Source: Lytechinus pictus
Taxonomy: Eukaryota
NCBI RefSeq assembly: GCF_037042905.1
Contig: NC_087249.1
Span: 9,302,001 to 9,366,000 of the forward strand
Length of the DNA: 64,000 nucleotides
Direction: 5' to 3'
In this document: positions 39,398-53,699 of the stretch, piece after piece
Numbering within the stretch: position 1 is the stretch's first letter
How the letters are laid out: every line of letters starts with the position of its first letter
The notes under the pieces: generated by a model
What the model saw: only the letters and a program-made list of their open reading frames with translations
What the model was told of the DNA's origin: nothing
The model's database searches: none
Made by a program: the position numbers and the translations under genes

Positions 39398-42300
39398 ATA
39401 GGGGTCTACACTGTATATTCCAAGGATTTGAAATAAATCTAAATCGGCTGTGACCAGCCGCGAGTATTAGATTTAGATTTAAACTTTGTGTATTGAAATA
39501 TGCAGATTTGAATTTATATCTTTTGAGATTTAGAATTTAATTCTTAAGATTAAAAATAAATCCTATATTCGTCTGGTCACTACTCAGAGCCGATCTGAAT
39601 TGAAAGTGTCACCAAAACAGATGCCCAAGCATGCCAAGTGGCCATTTTGTTTGTACTTGTTGTAATGGATGTATTGGCATAAATTTGTGTGAATTTTCCA
39701 ATTTTTTTTATTTAGTACAGTTCACAATTATGTTTTCTTGAAGGCCAAAATACACCCTCTTTGAAATATGTCGACTGGAATGAAAAGGGGTTCACCCTGA
39801 CGAAACATCTATAGTAAAACAATAGTGGTGAAGCTCTGAGGAAAATCCATCAAAGATTTTACAAATTAAAACAAAAGTTATGAGAATTTGTCTTTTTTAT
39901 GAGCTTAAGGAAAAAATTCATTTGTCACTGTTGGTCTTGAAACTGAGATAAAAATCAAGATAAAAGTGTGTTGACCTTGTGTCTATCGCCTCACATCCCT
40001 GATCAGACTTATTTTTCCTGTTCTCAAAATGAAATGGGGCCCTTACGGTTTACCGCAACGAATCGGTATCGTTTGGATGCTTGGAGATGTTTTGAATTCT
40101 TATCTAAATTAAATTTTCTGATTTCCAAGTATACAACTAGGACGATGTTGGGTAACAAACAAAGTAAACACAATCGAAAAATAAGCATAATATAAGGCAT
40201 ACGAAGGACCGTTTGCCGAACTTTGGTTACAGACGTATTAGCGTACATAGTTAGGGGTGCACTGGGGTTTGGTTTGGGGCACTTCCCCTCTCCCTAAAAA
40301 AAGTTGTACAACCAAGAAAAAGAAGAAAATGAAAGATTAAAAGGAAGACAAGAAAAGGGAAAGGGATAAAATAGGAACGTATTATGTTTTTATTATTATT
40401 ATTATCAGTCAATGACATTTAACGAAAGACAAGAAAGGGCAAAATTGTAAACTATGAGCCTGTTTTTGTTACCTGTTATTATGTTTTATTATGTCAATAA
40501 ACGTAATCAATAGCATAAATTACAATACTACAAAACAAAACATATCAATAATGTTATAATAGTAATAATAAAAGTATATTATGCTGATCATGAAATCAAC
40601 AAAACACTTGATTAAAAACAATGTTTTATTATCTTAAAATCTTTTACGAGATTAGATTTTATTTCATAAAGGCTGGATTTTTTTTCTCAGGTCATGTTGT
40701 GCCCCTTCAATTTTTTGCTCATTACAAACTGGTTGCAGGGACGGCACTACAGGGGGCATAAATAGGGGGTCGCCCCTTCTGATATTGGGAGTGACTAAAA
40801 TTAAACGAAAAATGGAGATAAATAAAAATAAGATGTATAAGAAAGTAGTTTGGAGTCTTGGAGATATCCCTGATGTTCTGAGTTTATCATGTTTTTAGAA
40901 CATATATATCATTACACATGGGCTATATAACCCATTGTCTGGGGGTGTTCGACTTTGATGAAAAAAAAATGAAGGGCAAGATCATTATGTCATTTGTAAG
41001 CACTTCACTTTCAAAATTTATGTAAAAAATGTGACGATTTCATCCAAATTATGCAAGTTGCTGGCATTCTAAACATGCGGAAAGGGAATGTGTGCTCTAT
41101 ATATCTATAATGAATTTGGAATATTGTCATGTCGACTGATATGACAATTCACATTGTCTCAACAATACCGAACATTGAATTTTCACATCCGATTTTTCAT
41201 AATCATTCACAAAGTTGGATTATGCAATCCACATTAACGATTGGAAATAAACAAACTATTGCCCGTTTGTTTATGATATGACCATGCGTTGTCATCAATT
41301 CCGAGAATCTGTTGAAAAGATTTGTTTATTAACAAAGAAGTGACGAACGGTCTCGTCGGATTTCAGTCAGAGTTTTAAGTCCAATTCATCCCCGATTGCG
41401 TAAAACCACTTATAAATTATGAGCACTATAAAGTCACTTGAAACTCGCATCTCACTATATAATGTGCAAGCCAAATGGCACCGATTCTGAGACCATAGGT
41501 CAAATAATATTCCCAATCTCGGTTTAATGATTGAAATTCATGAGAGATTATAATCATTGATTCTTGAATTTCAATTTGAATTTATTAACGAACCTCATTC
41601 ACTTGACATTAATATTTTGTTTTATAATATATAAAGTGATTAGATAAATAATCATAACAGTATGTCGTATATTATTTACAATAGTAGGCCATATTGATTT
41701 TTTGTGGTTGAAAATCGCGATGATTATAATACAAAAGAAGAATGTAGTGAAAATGTCTTTAAAATGAATATATAAAATGAAAGCTGGACAGAAGGATTCT
41801 TCGTGGCCTGCACAGGACATGTCCATATTGAAAGCAAAATTTTAAAATAATGACCTTGTTTTCATCGACAGCTTTAGTTATTTATTCTACATTTCCTTAA
41901 AAAATATATATTTAATAGAGATGAAAAGTTTTCGGGTTCAACGTGTCATGTAGTCCTCAAAAAGACTTTTTGGTAATCTTCTCAGCTATTCAAACCAGTT
42001 ATTTTAAGAACTATTATCCGAAAGATTGCCCTATAGTCATACCACCATGCAAATCTTCAAAGCTCACATTATTAGTTTCAGGTATATAGATAAGACTATA
42101 TATAAAATCATGGACCTACATGTACAGTATAAAAATTATGTTTAAAATGTTATACAGCGTTTTTACAGAGTAGTAAAGTAAAAGGCATTTGGGATATATA
42201 ACAATTGATTGCAGTACACTACTACAGAAATTTCATATATTTTTTTCTTCAAAATGCAAGTGCATTTTATAAATGAATAAGTAATGCAATCATTAATTCG

Positions 42301-45300
42301 CAATAAGAAATTTGGCATTATCAACAGTTTTACTCTCATGTTCCCGAATCCAAAGTTAAATAATTTTGTAAATTTTGACTATAATTACAATCGTGCTGGG
42401 ATCTGACTGGATAGAGGCTACATTTTGAACTGAAAAAACACACATAAATGTATATAAATTTTTTTTTGAATGATCTAATTCAATTCAAAATTGGAGATCT
42501 TTCCACGCCTTTCCCGAAGCGGAAGTCACGAGTCAAAAGTTTGTAACACCACGAGACATTCATATTGGTTATCTACCTTTATTCAACAGTTCAAAGTGCA
42601 CTTATCATCATTCAACCTCCACGCCTTTCAGTTAGGAGACCTTTCATCTCATAGAATAAATATTTGAAATGTGACGTATATACATTGTTAGACTTGAAGA
42701 ATTGTACAAAAACCAATGCCTTTTTATTATTAGTTCATTGACATTCTTAACTATTATGACTTGCATCTGACTCGTCGCTGGTTATAGAACGGGTTATACG
42801 AATAACCTTTATCAAAAACTCGACTTCAGAGATTTTTTTTTTAAAATCATGTCATGACTGAATATAACAGATTTTTTAAGATATACAGTACATTGCAATA
42901 AAGATTACAAAATCATTAGCATCATAACTTCTACGATTCTTCAATTTTCTTTCATGTTCTTCTCTTGCTGATGTTGAACTTTAGTCGTGAAGCAATAACC
43001 AAATATCATGAATTAATTATTGCACATAAATACTGCTTGCATATAGATAAAAGAACAAAGCCAACAAATTTTTTATCTCCATATTTTAACTGATAAAGAC
43101 TCTCTTGCGCAACATGATTTAATCCGAATCATGATTGAATATTATATCTTCCCTTTCACAGATAGAAAAATAATTTGTCTGGAGTTTGAAAAAAAAACAT
43201 GATGCAACGAGTTTGTAATTAAATACGATCACATGACTTGAAATCGTTTCAAATTTTCCTGATTATCAGATTATGATTATGGAAAAGAAAGTAAGAGTCT
43301 AAAAATGACATCATGTGATATCACCATATAGATAACGATTAGTTTTCCATTCGTTTTATAATAAGGAAAATGTTTTTCTCGTAGAAATAAGTGGCCAACA
43401 TTTCAACCTTTATACATGTTGTATTCTTAACTTGAAACATTTTTTTCAATGTCAGAACCATCCATGATAATCTGATAATCATAATCTTATATCTAGATAT
43501 TACTAATTCTGATCGTTGAGAAAGCAGAATATGAAAAAAAAATTGTTTTTCCTGAAAAAAAATTACTTGCAAGTTATATACATCTTTGTATATACACCAA
43601 AATGGAAGGTATAACATGTATAAGTTGAAATTAACATTTTTTTTTAAACTTAACGAAAGTATGCACGGGAAGAAACGAGGATTGCGATTTTTGTAATGAT
43701 TCCGAAATGAGACTTGTCGATTAGGCTTATGTCTCGATCGGCAATTCCAAGGGCTTTTTGCCAAACATAAAACAATGAAATTGCATTTTTGAAATATAGT
43801 TTGGTCAATTTGGCAAGGTCCTATTTTAACTGGAGAACAATGTTCTCATAACTTATTTTCTTGATCCTGTTTTTGTTTTACTTGAGAATTTAGAAAACCC
43901 CAAAACATATTTCAAAAATGATCTAATGGTCATGTGATTTATCAGCTTAAACAATCCCGCGGATGCCATCGAAACTTGGCATTGAATTCTTAAACAGGAC
44001 GCTATCCCACAAACTTTCTCCACACGACGCTGAGAGTCAGTGATGTCAGTTCCTGTCTCGATGTGTCTTTTTTTTCAGAACCAGAAAGGCGTTATGTTCC
44101 CCTTCACTAAGGTATATCCCAATGTCCTTCTGGCTCTGAATAGGAATTCTATACATTCCTTGGTGTCATGGCCACTTTGGGTTCCATAATGGAGGGATAT
44201 CTTTTGCATTGATGTGGTGCAATTATTATCAAGTAACTTTCATTATTGCCAATGGGGTTCACCGTATACATCCGTGACTTGTGTCACGTAGGTCTGACAA
44301 TGAACACGAAAAATAAAACAAATGAACAAAATAAATGAATGACTATAAAACAATTAGTAAATTAACAAGTGAATGAATTCATTAATAAAAGGTAAATCAA
44401 CAGATTTAAATGAATAAATAAAAAGTGAATATGGCCGTTGTTTATTCTTCTGAATGATTGTGAGTAGAGATAAACGTCTAGATGATGATGATGATAATGA
44501 AGATGATTCTGATGTTGATGGTGGTGGTGGTGGTGACGATGATAATGATCGTAAGATTATAGTGACTATGCTTGATAGTGATGCTTCAAAAGAAGAAGAA
44601 AAAGGAAATAAAGACGGAGAGCAATATTTTATCATGAATATCACCGTTTTCAAAGCACATAACAAGATTCAAACCTGAAAAGGTTTCCAGTATATTAATC
44701 TTTCCTGCTATCATGGTATACACTCACGAATTCAATAAAATACATCTTGAAACAAACTATTTATTTCAAGCATGATCGTCGAGCATCTGCATAAAACGTT
44801 AACAAGATATATCAACATTATCGAACATGTTAATATCAATGTAGAGTCATATTAATTATGACTGAATAGCATAAGCATGTGGATATTCCATTCATCATGT
44901 TTACTTAATAATTTTTATATGAACCTAATCGTATCTTATTATTTCCTGTCTTTCTTTGTTAAGTCATTGTGGCAGAGAGCCCTATATAAATGAAAACTGT
45001 TTTCATTTTATCTGGCATCATTTCCACTGATACTATTTTCCACCTGCCTCGAATTTCGCAGTGGCGAAACAAGCATGGAGTCAAAGAAGTTGTAGTCTCA
45101 TTTGGCCAAAAGGTGTTTGTGTGTGTGTGTGGGGGGGGGGGGGTTGAGATGCCAATATTTTGTTCGAAGTCTAACCTTGCTCTCTTCTATTCCCCTAAGT
45201 TCTTCATCTACCATCTCCTCTCTTCTTGTTCAATCCCTTCCTCATCTCTCCATCTTCTTACCCCTCCCCCCTCTCTCTCTTCTTCTCTCTTTTTATCTCC

Positions 45301-48199
45301 TAATTATATTATCTCTCTCTACACCCACCCATTCTCTCCTTCCCTTACCACCCCCCCCCCCGCCCTGCACGAAGCATCCCCATCATCCTCTATCAACGAT
45401 TGTAAAAATGAATGTGTTAGTCGCGGGGGGGGGGGTGCCCCTGCCTGTATACCACCCCCATACAGTCCAATTCTTCCCATCAATTAACCACCTGCATCAA
45501 TGATGATGCATGCATACATCTCCTTTATTTTCTTCTATCTACCATTCATCCATCCAATTCATAATTCTATTCATAACAAAGCCATCCAACCAACCAACCA
45601 CGAGTTCCTCGATCGAAGTTACTCCTCATATTGACGACTACTCATCCATCATGGAGACACAAGCCTATGCGTCATAATTATTAGGGTTTTTTTTAAATTC
45701 ATTCCTCTAACCTTTTAATTTACCTCAGGGTGTAAATTAACCCACTTCGAATATTCATACAATTATGATTCAATATTCAAACACAATAAAACCAAGAAGC
45801 TCATTCATTTCGTTAAAACCACGAAGATTGGTATGCACGTGGACGAGTTAGGGGGAAATATTGATTTTAACAACAATAAATCAAGAATGGGATTTATGTT
45901 TTCATTCTGACTTCAACCCACAAATTTCGTAATATATCATTGACAAGATAGGAATATAGGAATATGAAAGGAATAGTGGGATGATAATGATTTCAAACTC
46001 AATTTGATGAATCAATGACGATGATACAAAAATCATATTGCTCAGGGTTATTTTGCGGTGTTTATGAAGAAGAGTTCGATGTATCATTCGTATTGTGCCA
46101 TCTTGTTTTTTTGTTTTTTTATCGATCGACACGACTCAAGTGTGAAAACAAATCACAGAAAATTCTGGGAACCCCAGATAGTGAGTCGAAAAGGATTGAG
46201 AATGAGATAACAATGAGTGTGAAACAATTTCTCACTTCGTGTGCTGGATTTATTGATTGAACTAACCTTAACCTTTTTTTTTTGTTTATGGTGTAAACTT
46301 TAAGTAAACACCCCAGTTAGAGGGCCTGCAAGCAGACTGAATAATTTGTTCGATTATTGGTGTCTTGATATTATTTTTTAAAAACTCATTTCGAATCAAT
46401 TCATTTATATTTCTCTTTCAACCTTTTTGTATTTACAATGATAGTCCAATTTAAAACATATGGAAGTGGAAATAAATGAAATGAAATGAAATATACAACA
46501 TATGACATTTTAATTAATTTGTACAATAAAAAACATCGAAAGGGAAGGAGACCGGCTACTAAAGCAGAGGTGGTTGATTGAAGGCCCCCTTTTCTAACAA
46601 CATTATATAAATTATGGTAAAAATTTATAACATTAGAATAAAATAAGTGAATAAATGAAAGAATAAATAAATAAATACACACATATTTTTGATGAATTAT
46701 GATAAAATGCACACCGAAAATTGAAGCTAAATTTTGGATGGTGCAAGGGATAGCAACGAATTGTACGTGTCAATCTGGGATAGGATCAAAGACCAACCCT
46801 CATATTTTGACTTTATTAACGAACATTGCATCATTCTAAAAATGACTCGATGGACTTATAATGGGTCTATAATTTTTATGAAAGTGTGGTGGAGTATAGC
46901 GACTATGGAACTTGCCATCCTCTCCTCTATTGTTGCGTCATAATACTAGGGACACTGTGAGTATTATGACGTCATCACCCCGTCAGTTGAAAATCGATTG
47001 ATAAGAAAATGTTGGTGGGGAGGGTGGTTTTCTATTTTGGTTACCCGTCGAAGAAGTGAATTGATTCCTACAAGTAGTTTTTAATCCGGTATTGCTGTAT
47101 TCATAAAATCTGTATGTAAATATTTTATACAGTACAAATATTAATATTATTGTACACCTGCATTGTTCGAATATAGGCCTACATACACAGGCCCTGTCCA
47201 ATGTATTATCTGTTTATCATCATCATTAGTAGTAATGTTACTATCATTATTTCAAACGCCCAATATCCTTTCCTAATTTCCCTTCTACTCTCTCTCTCTC
47301 CTCTCTCTTCCATGATGTCTCTGTCTCATTAGTAAACTCTCAAAGAAAAATTGGTCCGACTTTACAGTACAAGTTAGGGCCAATTTTGTTTAGATATACA
47401 TGTATGTACAACATTTGATTTTTCATTTTCTCGTGTATTACTCACTTTAAGCCCCCCCCCCCCCCTCCCATGAGCTTTGTGACTTTCCCCTCTGCTACTA
47501 ATTAAAGCCTTCCCCAACATAAATTATGCACGAGCTGGTATCGTCCCCTCTCACATCCTCTCTTCGCCTAATAAATGCCATTCGCTCCAGCTTCGTGTGT
47601 ACATGGAGCAATAGCTCTATGGTGTGTGAATGTACACAATGTACAAGTTGCGCATACATACCAAATCTACATTTATCAACTGTTCAGCGCAAAATGAGCC
47701 CAAATTTTTTTGGCGGGCAGAAGGAGCAAAAAGAGTTTCCAATTATCCAATAAAAATTTAAAAGGGGCATTTTTAAACATTATACTCAGAAAACAACTTC
47801 ATATTTGACCTATTTCTCTTTCATTTCTAATCTTTCTTTTTTTTTGTGGATGGGGCACATCACATCACCCTAGCTCCCCCATTTGTACGGCAAATGTCGC
47901 AATTATGAAACTATTTATGAATAAAACCTCTGCAGGAAGTCTTCTTGTTTGACAAAAGGAATTACAACTTTAAAAGACCAAGTATATTCATAATAATAAA
48001 AGATAGGCCTACCGGTACATAAAAAAAACGGAGATAAGAAAAAAGTGGGGAAAAGATAGAGATATTGATAATGTATGAGAGAGAGAGAGAGTAGTGGGAG
48101 GAAAGGGGGGGGGGGGTAAAGGGAGAGTGGAATGGGGGGGGGGCAATTATGAGCACTCAATAAATAAGACAATCATACACCAGCTTTGTTCATAAATCA

Positions 48200-51100
48200 T
48201 AATATATATCTCTTTTAATTTACAAGTTTACACGGCAATGTACATGTATGCAATTTGCAATAGTTTTTTTTACAAACACGTAAATACCATGTACTTAAAG
48301 TTTAAGACAAAGAAAACTGAATAAAACATTACTGTTTCGAATTAATAATAAAAAAAGAAGTTTTCCCTGATACAAAACAAGCAAAGTATTTCTTCAACAG
48401 GAGTGAACCGAAAAGATATCAACTAGTGATTTAAAAAAAGTAATACATGAAATTAAACTTACATATCATTACCAACTAACATAGAAACAGATTATCAAAT
48501 TATAGGTTATCAACTAAAGATTAATTTCAGTGCTGTAAAGTCAAAAATATGATAATGATCATTCATATGAATATACATGTAATGTGGTTTGTAAAAAAAT
48601 CTGAGACTATATTGTAATCTACTTTTACAATCTTATTCCTGAATCTACTGTAGTTATTGATGTATTTTTCTGACTACAGATGTATTCACTTGACCTCATC
48701 AATATCAGTTTATTAAAAAATATCTGGAAAAGTAGCCCGTTTTTGAAGCATTGTAAGAGAAATATAGCAAGTTTCTTTCAAATCTGTTACTGCCATTAAA
48801 CTACAAGTGACAAACATTAAATGATGAATCACTTTACTCACAGCACAGCACAACAACAAACTGGCATTCTTACCTTGAATGGTTTAAACACATTTCTTTC
48901 CTATCAAACATTTAAACTGTGGACAGAAAACAGCAAAATCAGAACCAAAAAAAAAATGATAAAAAACTCAAGCGGAACTGAGTCACAAAACCACAAATTT
49001 AATTTACTCTACTATCAAGTTCACATCGAAACGGTCATCGCTCAAGATCAGACCTTTGAAGATCAAACTCTACGAAAGCTAAGACAAGAGTAGGGCCTAT
49101 ACATGTAGGCCTCCATGTTCATAGGAATACAGTGTAAGCCAATGATTGACCATGTGAAATGGATAAATCTCTCCTATGTGTATGCACAGAAATTTTGATA
49201 TTAACATAGTTGAATTTAATCAGATTCAAATATAAGCTGAACAACACAACTTTGGGTAAATGTTCTCCCATATGATACTACATGTACCGGTATGTATTAT
49301 GAAAATACAAGTTACAAACATGGATTTCTCACTGAATTTCTAACCATTCCCCCCATTTGCTCACAAAAAAGGTGACCTTTGAAATAATTTGACCTGTCTG
49401 GCAAGCTTCCAGCTTGGTCTATGTATTTGGAATGAATAATTTCCTTCCCTTTTGTGGCCAGTTATTTTTTTTCTTTCAATTTTTTGGATTCTTAACAGTT
49501 GTTCATGAAAGCCATGCTGTTTTGCTGCACAAAATCATATGGTTGGATGAGGCGAGGCAAAATCAGCATGAGAATTAATGAGCTTTGTATTTTAATAGGC
49601 CCAGTTAATTGATATGCCTTGGCTTCAATATACTATGTAATGTACTACATGTATCTTTACATGTAGGCTACATACCTCAAAAGGATTGCAGTATAAAAAT
49701 ATATAATTTGTTTGTTTGGGAAAATCTAAATACATGTATTCTTAATACTTTGCACTGTTTAACGATTCGGGATAAAGATGGGGGAAACCCCTGCTGACTT
49801 TCGCTTCTACTTTTCGAGTGAATGAAAACCATTTTCTTTTTTCAATCAACAAGCTCAAGAGTTGTCTTAGGTCTTTATACATCCAGGGTAATTTTTCAGA
49901 CATTTCCTTGTTCATTCATGTCTAAAGTTCAGAATCCTCTAGTTTCTTTCATGCTTTTGATCATTCAAAACCATATCCTGTACATGTATATTATTCATTT
50001 CCTCTTTCGAATGGCTTAATAGCAGGAAGAAGAGGCTTATCACTGATGTGCCAATGGGCATGCAGCATTTAAACTGCTATAAGAGATTAATAAAAATGAA
50101 CTTCCTTGTTCTTTGAAAAATGCAACATTTGGCCTTTTTCGGCTAGGTCCAATTGAGGAAATATTGTCTAAAATATCTGGATTTATCTGCAAAGTGCAAG
50201 ATTACAAAGTATCGGAGAGAACTGTCCCTTATTTTTATCGGCCCTTCTTGGCTTCTTATATTCTTCTACCCCTAATTTGTTTCGTACAGTTACAAATATA
50301 AATGTGAGCCTTTTGTGAAGCTGATTCATCAAATCCAAACTATTCCCCCTTTCACATGAGAGAATTGTGTACGTATGGGCTTCACTCAACACTCAATCCG
50401 TCGCACACACAACGTGCAGTAATGCACACACAATTGGATGTACATGTACATATACGTGCAGTAACACACACAAATTCGAAACCCATTGAAATATATCTCG
50501 CCCACGCACGCACAAGCGATCCATCCAAAGGTCGAACTGGCATACATTGTACAGAAATTTCCGTATACTGACTGCATGCATTGTAGCTGGTACACATTCA
50601 CCATCATGCATTTACTGTGGGGTATGAAGGCCTATGTGGTCTGTACAAGAAAGCAATGAATGCACAAGCAATACATGAATGCATGTACCAGGAATATCTC
50701 AAGTTTATCAATGGATATTATTTTTTCTCACGTTATTGCACATTCAAAAGGGAGAAACGATGACCAATACTGTTTGATAATGATATTCAATGTGGGCATC
50801 ATTTTAAAAGTACACATAGGTCCTATTCATAAATAAACAAAGGGCAAAACTTAAATATGATTAGTCAGGAAAATTATCCAATACATTTACATACAGGTCT
50901 ACATTATGGTTCCAAATTAAATGTATCAATAACCCTATAAAAATATTTATTGGCCAGAAAAATATGATTATTTTAGAAACAAAAATTTGAGAGATCAAAA
51001 GATAAATCAGGTCTTGTAAGGCATTAGTTACAAGGAATTTATTTAGAAGATTAAAAATTTATGAGTGACCCTACTGACTCTACATATTTAGTATAATCCA

Positions 51101-52374
51101 AAGAAAATAAATTTCAGCTATAATCAATTAACAGCCACATACATGTATCAATTATTAAAAGAACTAAATTTCAAGACATGTCTTGCACTGCTCACAAAGT
51201 ACATGTAGCTGGTAAGTGGTATTTGGCTTACTTTGAAAAGAGAAAGAAAATACATCAAAACAAGAAATAAGATCTTTGAAAAATCATATTTGAAAAAAAA
51301 ACAGAAAAAAAGACAAAGACTGCCTCATAATCATTATCATGTAGGCAACATCAAACGGACATCAACATCACATCCAAGAACAAAATATACTCATCATTAG
51401 ATAAATATTAATTAATCAGCTGCTAAATATCATGAGCATCCTTTGGTTTTATGCAGGAGCTTTTTCTGATAATTGACTTGTTTTTACTGTTTTTCCTCTT
51501 TCAAGGCTCAAATTGCATTGCTTTGCTTTTGTTGAATAAACCAAAAAAAGTAAGCAAAAACAATTTCTACCCTACCATTTGGCGAAGCAGGCAACAGTCA
51601 TTTATATTGAACTCGTGTGTTTTCCAAGACTGGTCAGCCTTAAACAGAAGTAATGTCTGCATTCAATAGCTGTTAGCCTTAGGCCAATTCTGTTCTCCCT
51701 ACCTAGACAACAAAAAGCATGTCATAATATGGCAACAACTTTCTAGCATTTCCTTAAACAGATGTAGTGTCGAGGGGCATTTATCTGCAATTTTTTTAAA
51801 CATAAAAATTTGAGACTGGAGAGTCGATTGTACACTGTATTTTTATGCTAAACGTAATCTATAATTTAGCATCATACATATAGTACTGTCTTTAAACATC
51901 ATTTTAAACACAAATCAAAGACTATATTCAGTTCATATCTTTTTTAAGGGAAACAAAGACAGAGTTTTAGAACCTTTCACCTGGCAGTGATAGTTTACAT
52001 AAAGTAGTAATTTCTCAAGGCTCTTTAAACTCTGTAGTCTTACATGTAAGTTAAAGATTTGATTCTAGTGATAGCCCATGACAAAAAAAATATTCTAGTA
52101 ACTGAGAGTCTGTTATTGTCGACTTGTAGTATTCTAAAAATATGTTTTCTGGTAGATCCAATAGTATCCCTCGATAGAAAGTACCATTTTGAAGTTGCTA
52201 AGCTGAAATTGTGCCATTTGTGTCCAGATTATTCCTGAATAGGGTGCATACTTGAAATCTAGTAGTAGGGTATCTTTCCACAATAGAAGTTTGGCGAATA
52301 TCCAAATTTCTGCCTGGTTGCTTGACGAAAACTAGACAGGCGCAGTAATTAAAAGTCTGCTCTGTGATGTTTTA
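48200..52374 (-). other. Putative long (~4 kb) 3' UTR of the MCL1-like gene
   Basis: Largely transposon-free, CpG-poor, T-rich (minus strand) tract directly after the stop codon; candidate ATTAAA poly(A) signal on the minus strand at 48214-48219. The extent is inferred. Confidence 0.45.
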
Positions 52375-52494
52375 CTATTTCATCAATAGTCTGAGAGCCG
52401 CTAGTCCACCAAGAAAAGCTCCCGTCACCAAGAGTGAGTTGAATGCTGCCTTTTCCTTCCAGTCTTTGGCTTTGAAACTTTCATCAAATTTTTC
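52375..52494 (-). CDS. MCL1: MCL1-like Bcl-2 family protein, coding exon 2 (end of BH2 and C-terminal TM anchor)
   Basis: Acceptor TTTTTTCTCTCTCTCTTCAG, then EKFDESFKAKDWKEKAAFNSLLVTGAFLGGLAALRLLMK*. It is in frame with exon 1 and is not in the ORF track. Confidence 0.92.
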   Translation of the reverse strand, partial: EKFDESFKAKDWKEKAAFNSLLVTGAFLGGLAALRLLMK

Positions 52495-52747
52495 CTGAAG
52501 AGAGAGAGAAAAAAACATAAAAATTAAAATTCATGTCACTCTAGACTTTTCTTGATATATTAGGAATGCTTCACATATATCTTGAAGTCAAAATACATCT
52601 ACGGAATCTATTACTAGTATCGCTTTGGCTCAATAATTTCTAATCTATTCTTTTCTTAAATTATTCTTACTTTCATTTTGAGCCACAGTATATTGGAAGT
52701 GGGTTAAAATAAAATAGAGACATAACATAAAATTTTCAGTGACGTAC

Positions 52748-53377
52748 CCATCCTCCTTGCTTATTTATCCATGGAGTTAATCTCGATGCAACATATCGTC
52801 CTGCAAATTCTGATAAGCGTCCTACATGATAACCTTTTCCATTTTCCTGGCAATATTTTGCAAGACGGGCTGCAAACACATAAACCATCACAACACGTCC
52901 CCAGTTACATGACCCTTCCTCAAACATGGCATTCAAACTTGCAGTGAATGCCTCTTCACCATCTTTGTCCGGATCATATTCCAAATTGTTCACTAATCCA
53001 TTCAGGGTGATGGCGTATCTTTCCTCAACTTCATCCCCAACTCTCCTCAATGTCTCTGCATGCTGGCAAGGCGGTCGGCGTCCATTGTGTTTTCCAACTT
53101 TATAGGAAATATAATCGTCCCCAAGCTGTCGTGCAATAAGGCCTGACTCGCCTTCCCCCACCAGAGGATGTCCGTTTACCTCTGCATCAGGGCTTGGTGG
53201 TTGTTCCTTCGTGACATTCCCATTATAAAACAACTGCTTGAAACTACTTTTCTGAGGCGAAGAAGCAGTGAGAATTGATTCAGACATATTTGGAGCTCTT
53301 TCACATCCGCCAGACCATCCAAGACAGCACCATATGCCCGTCTCCTCTTCAGTTGTCGTCCGGTCTTCCTGACTCAT
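52748..53377 (-). CDS. MCL1: MCL1-like Bcl-2 family anti-apoptotic protein, coding exon 1 (spliced product 249 aa)
   Basis: BH3 HAETLRRVGDEVE (MCL1 has ETLRRVGDGV), BH1 CNWGRVVMVYVFAARLA, BH2 WINKQGGW, and a long Ser/Pro/Glu-rich N-terminus. Donor TGG|GTACGT gives a phase-0 253-bp intron (52495-52747) after GGW, the conserved Bcl-2 family position. An in-frame TGA lies immediately before the ATG. Exact orthology is not tested. Confidence 0.92.
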
Positions 53378-53699
53378 TCAGAGAGATCCCCTGTGCTAGC
53401 GCTACACACCACAACGGGTCAATGCAAGATCCGAAGTGATTCCAATATTTTCCGGCTAGATAGAGGCTGCGCTGCTGCTCGAGCTCGATGACTAGCAGTT
53501 GGTGTTTCACAATACGAGAACTAGTCTTAGAGAACTCCGTGTGTGGTAAAAAAATCTATTGATCCCTTATCTCGAGCTTGCTCTTTGTACGTACGTAGAT
53601 CTATGCACAGTACACGAATTCAAACAACAGCACACACGAGTGAAATTACGAAATAACGCTCCGCAGATCGGGTGTGCCGAATATATACGAACGCGCGCC

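Noticed and set aside
50734..50741. miR-92-family 8-mer site in the MCL1-like UTR, and a miR-124-type GTGCCTT at 55966 in the BH3 gene UTR
   Set aside because: Single 7-8-mers are expected by chance in UTRs of this length; conservation cannot be assessed here.
52736..53377. Single-exon 213-aa Bcl-2 protein as the main product
   Set aside because: A canonical intron after GGW and a downstream TM-coding exon give a complete 249-aa protein.
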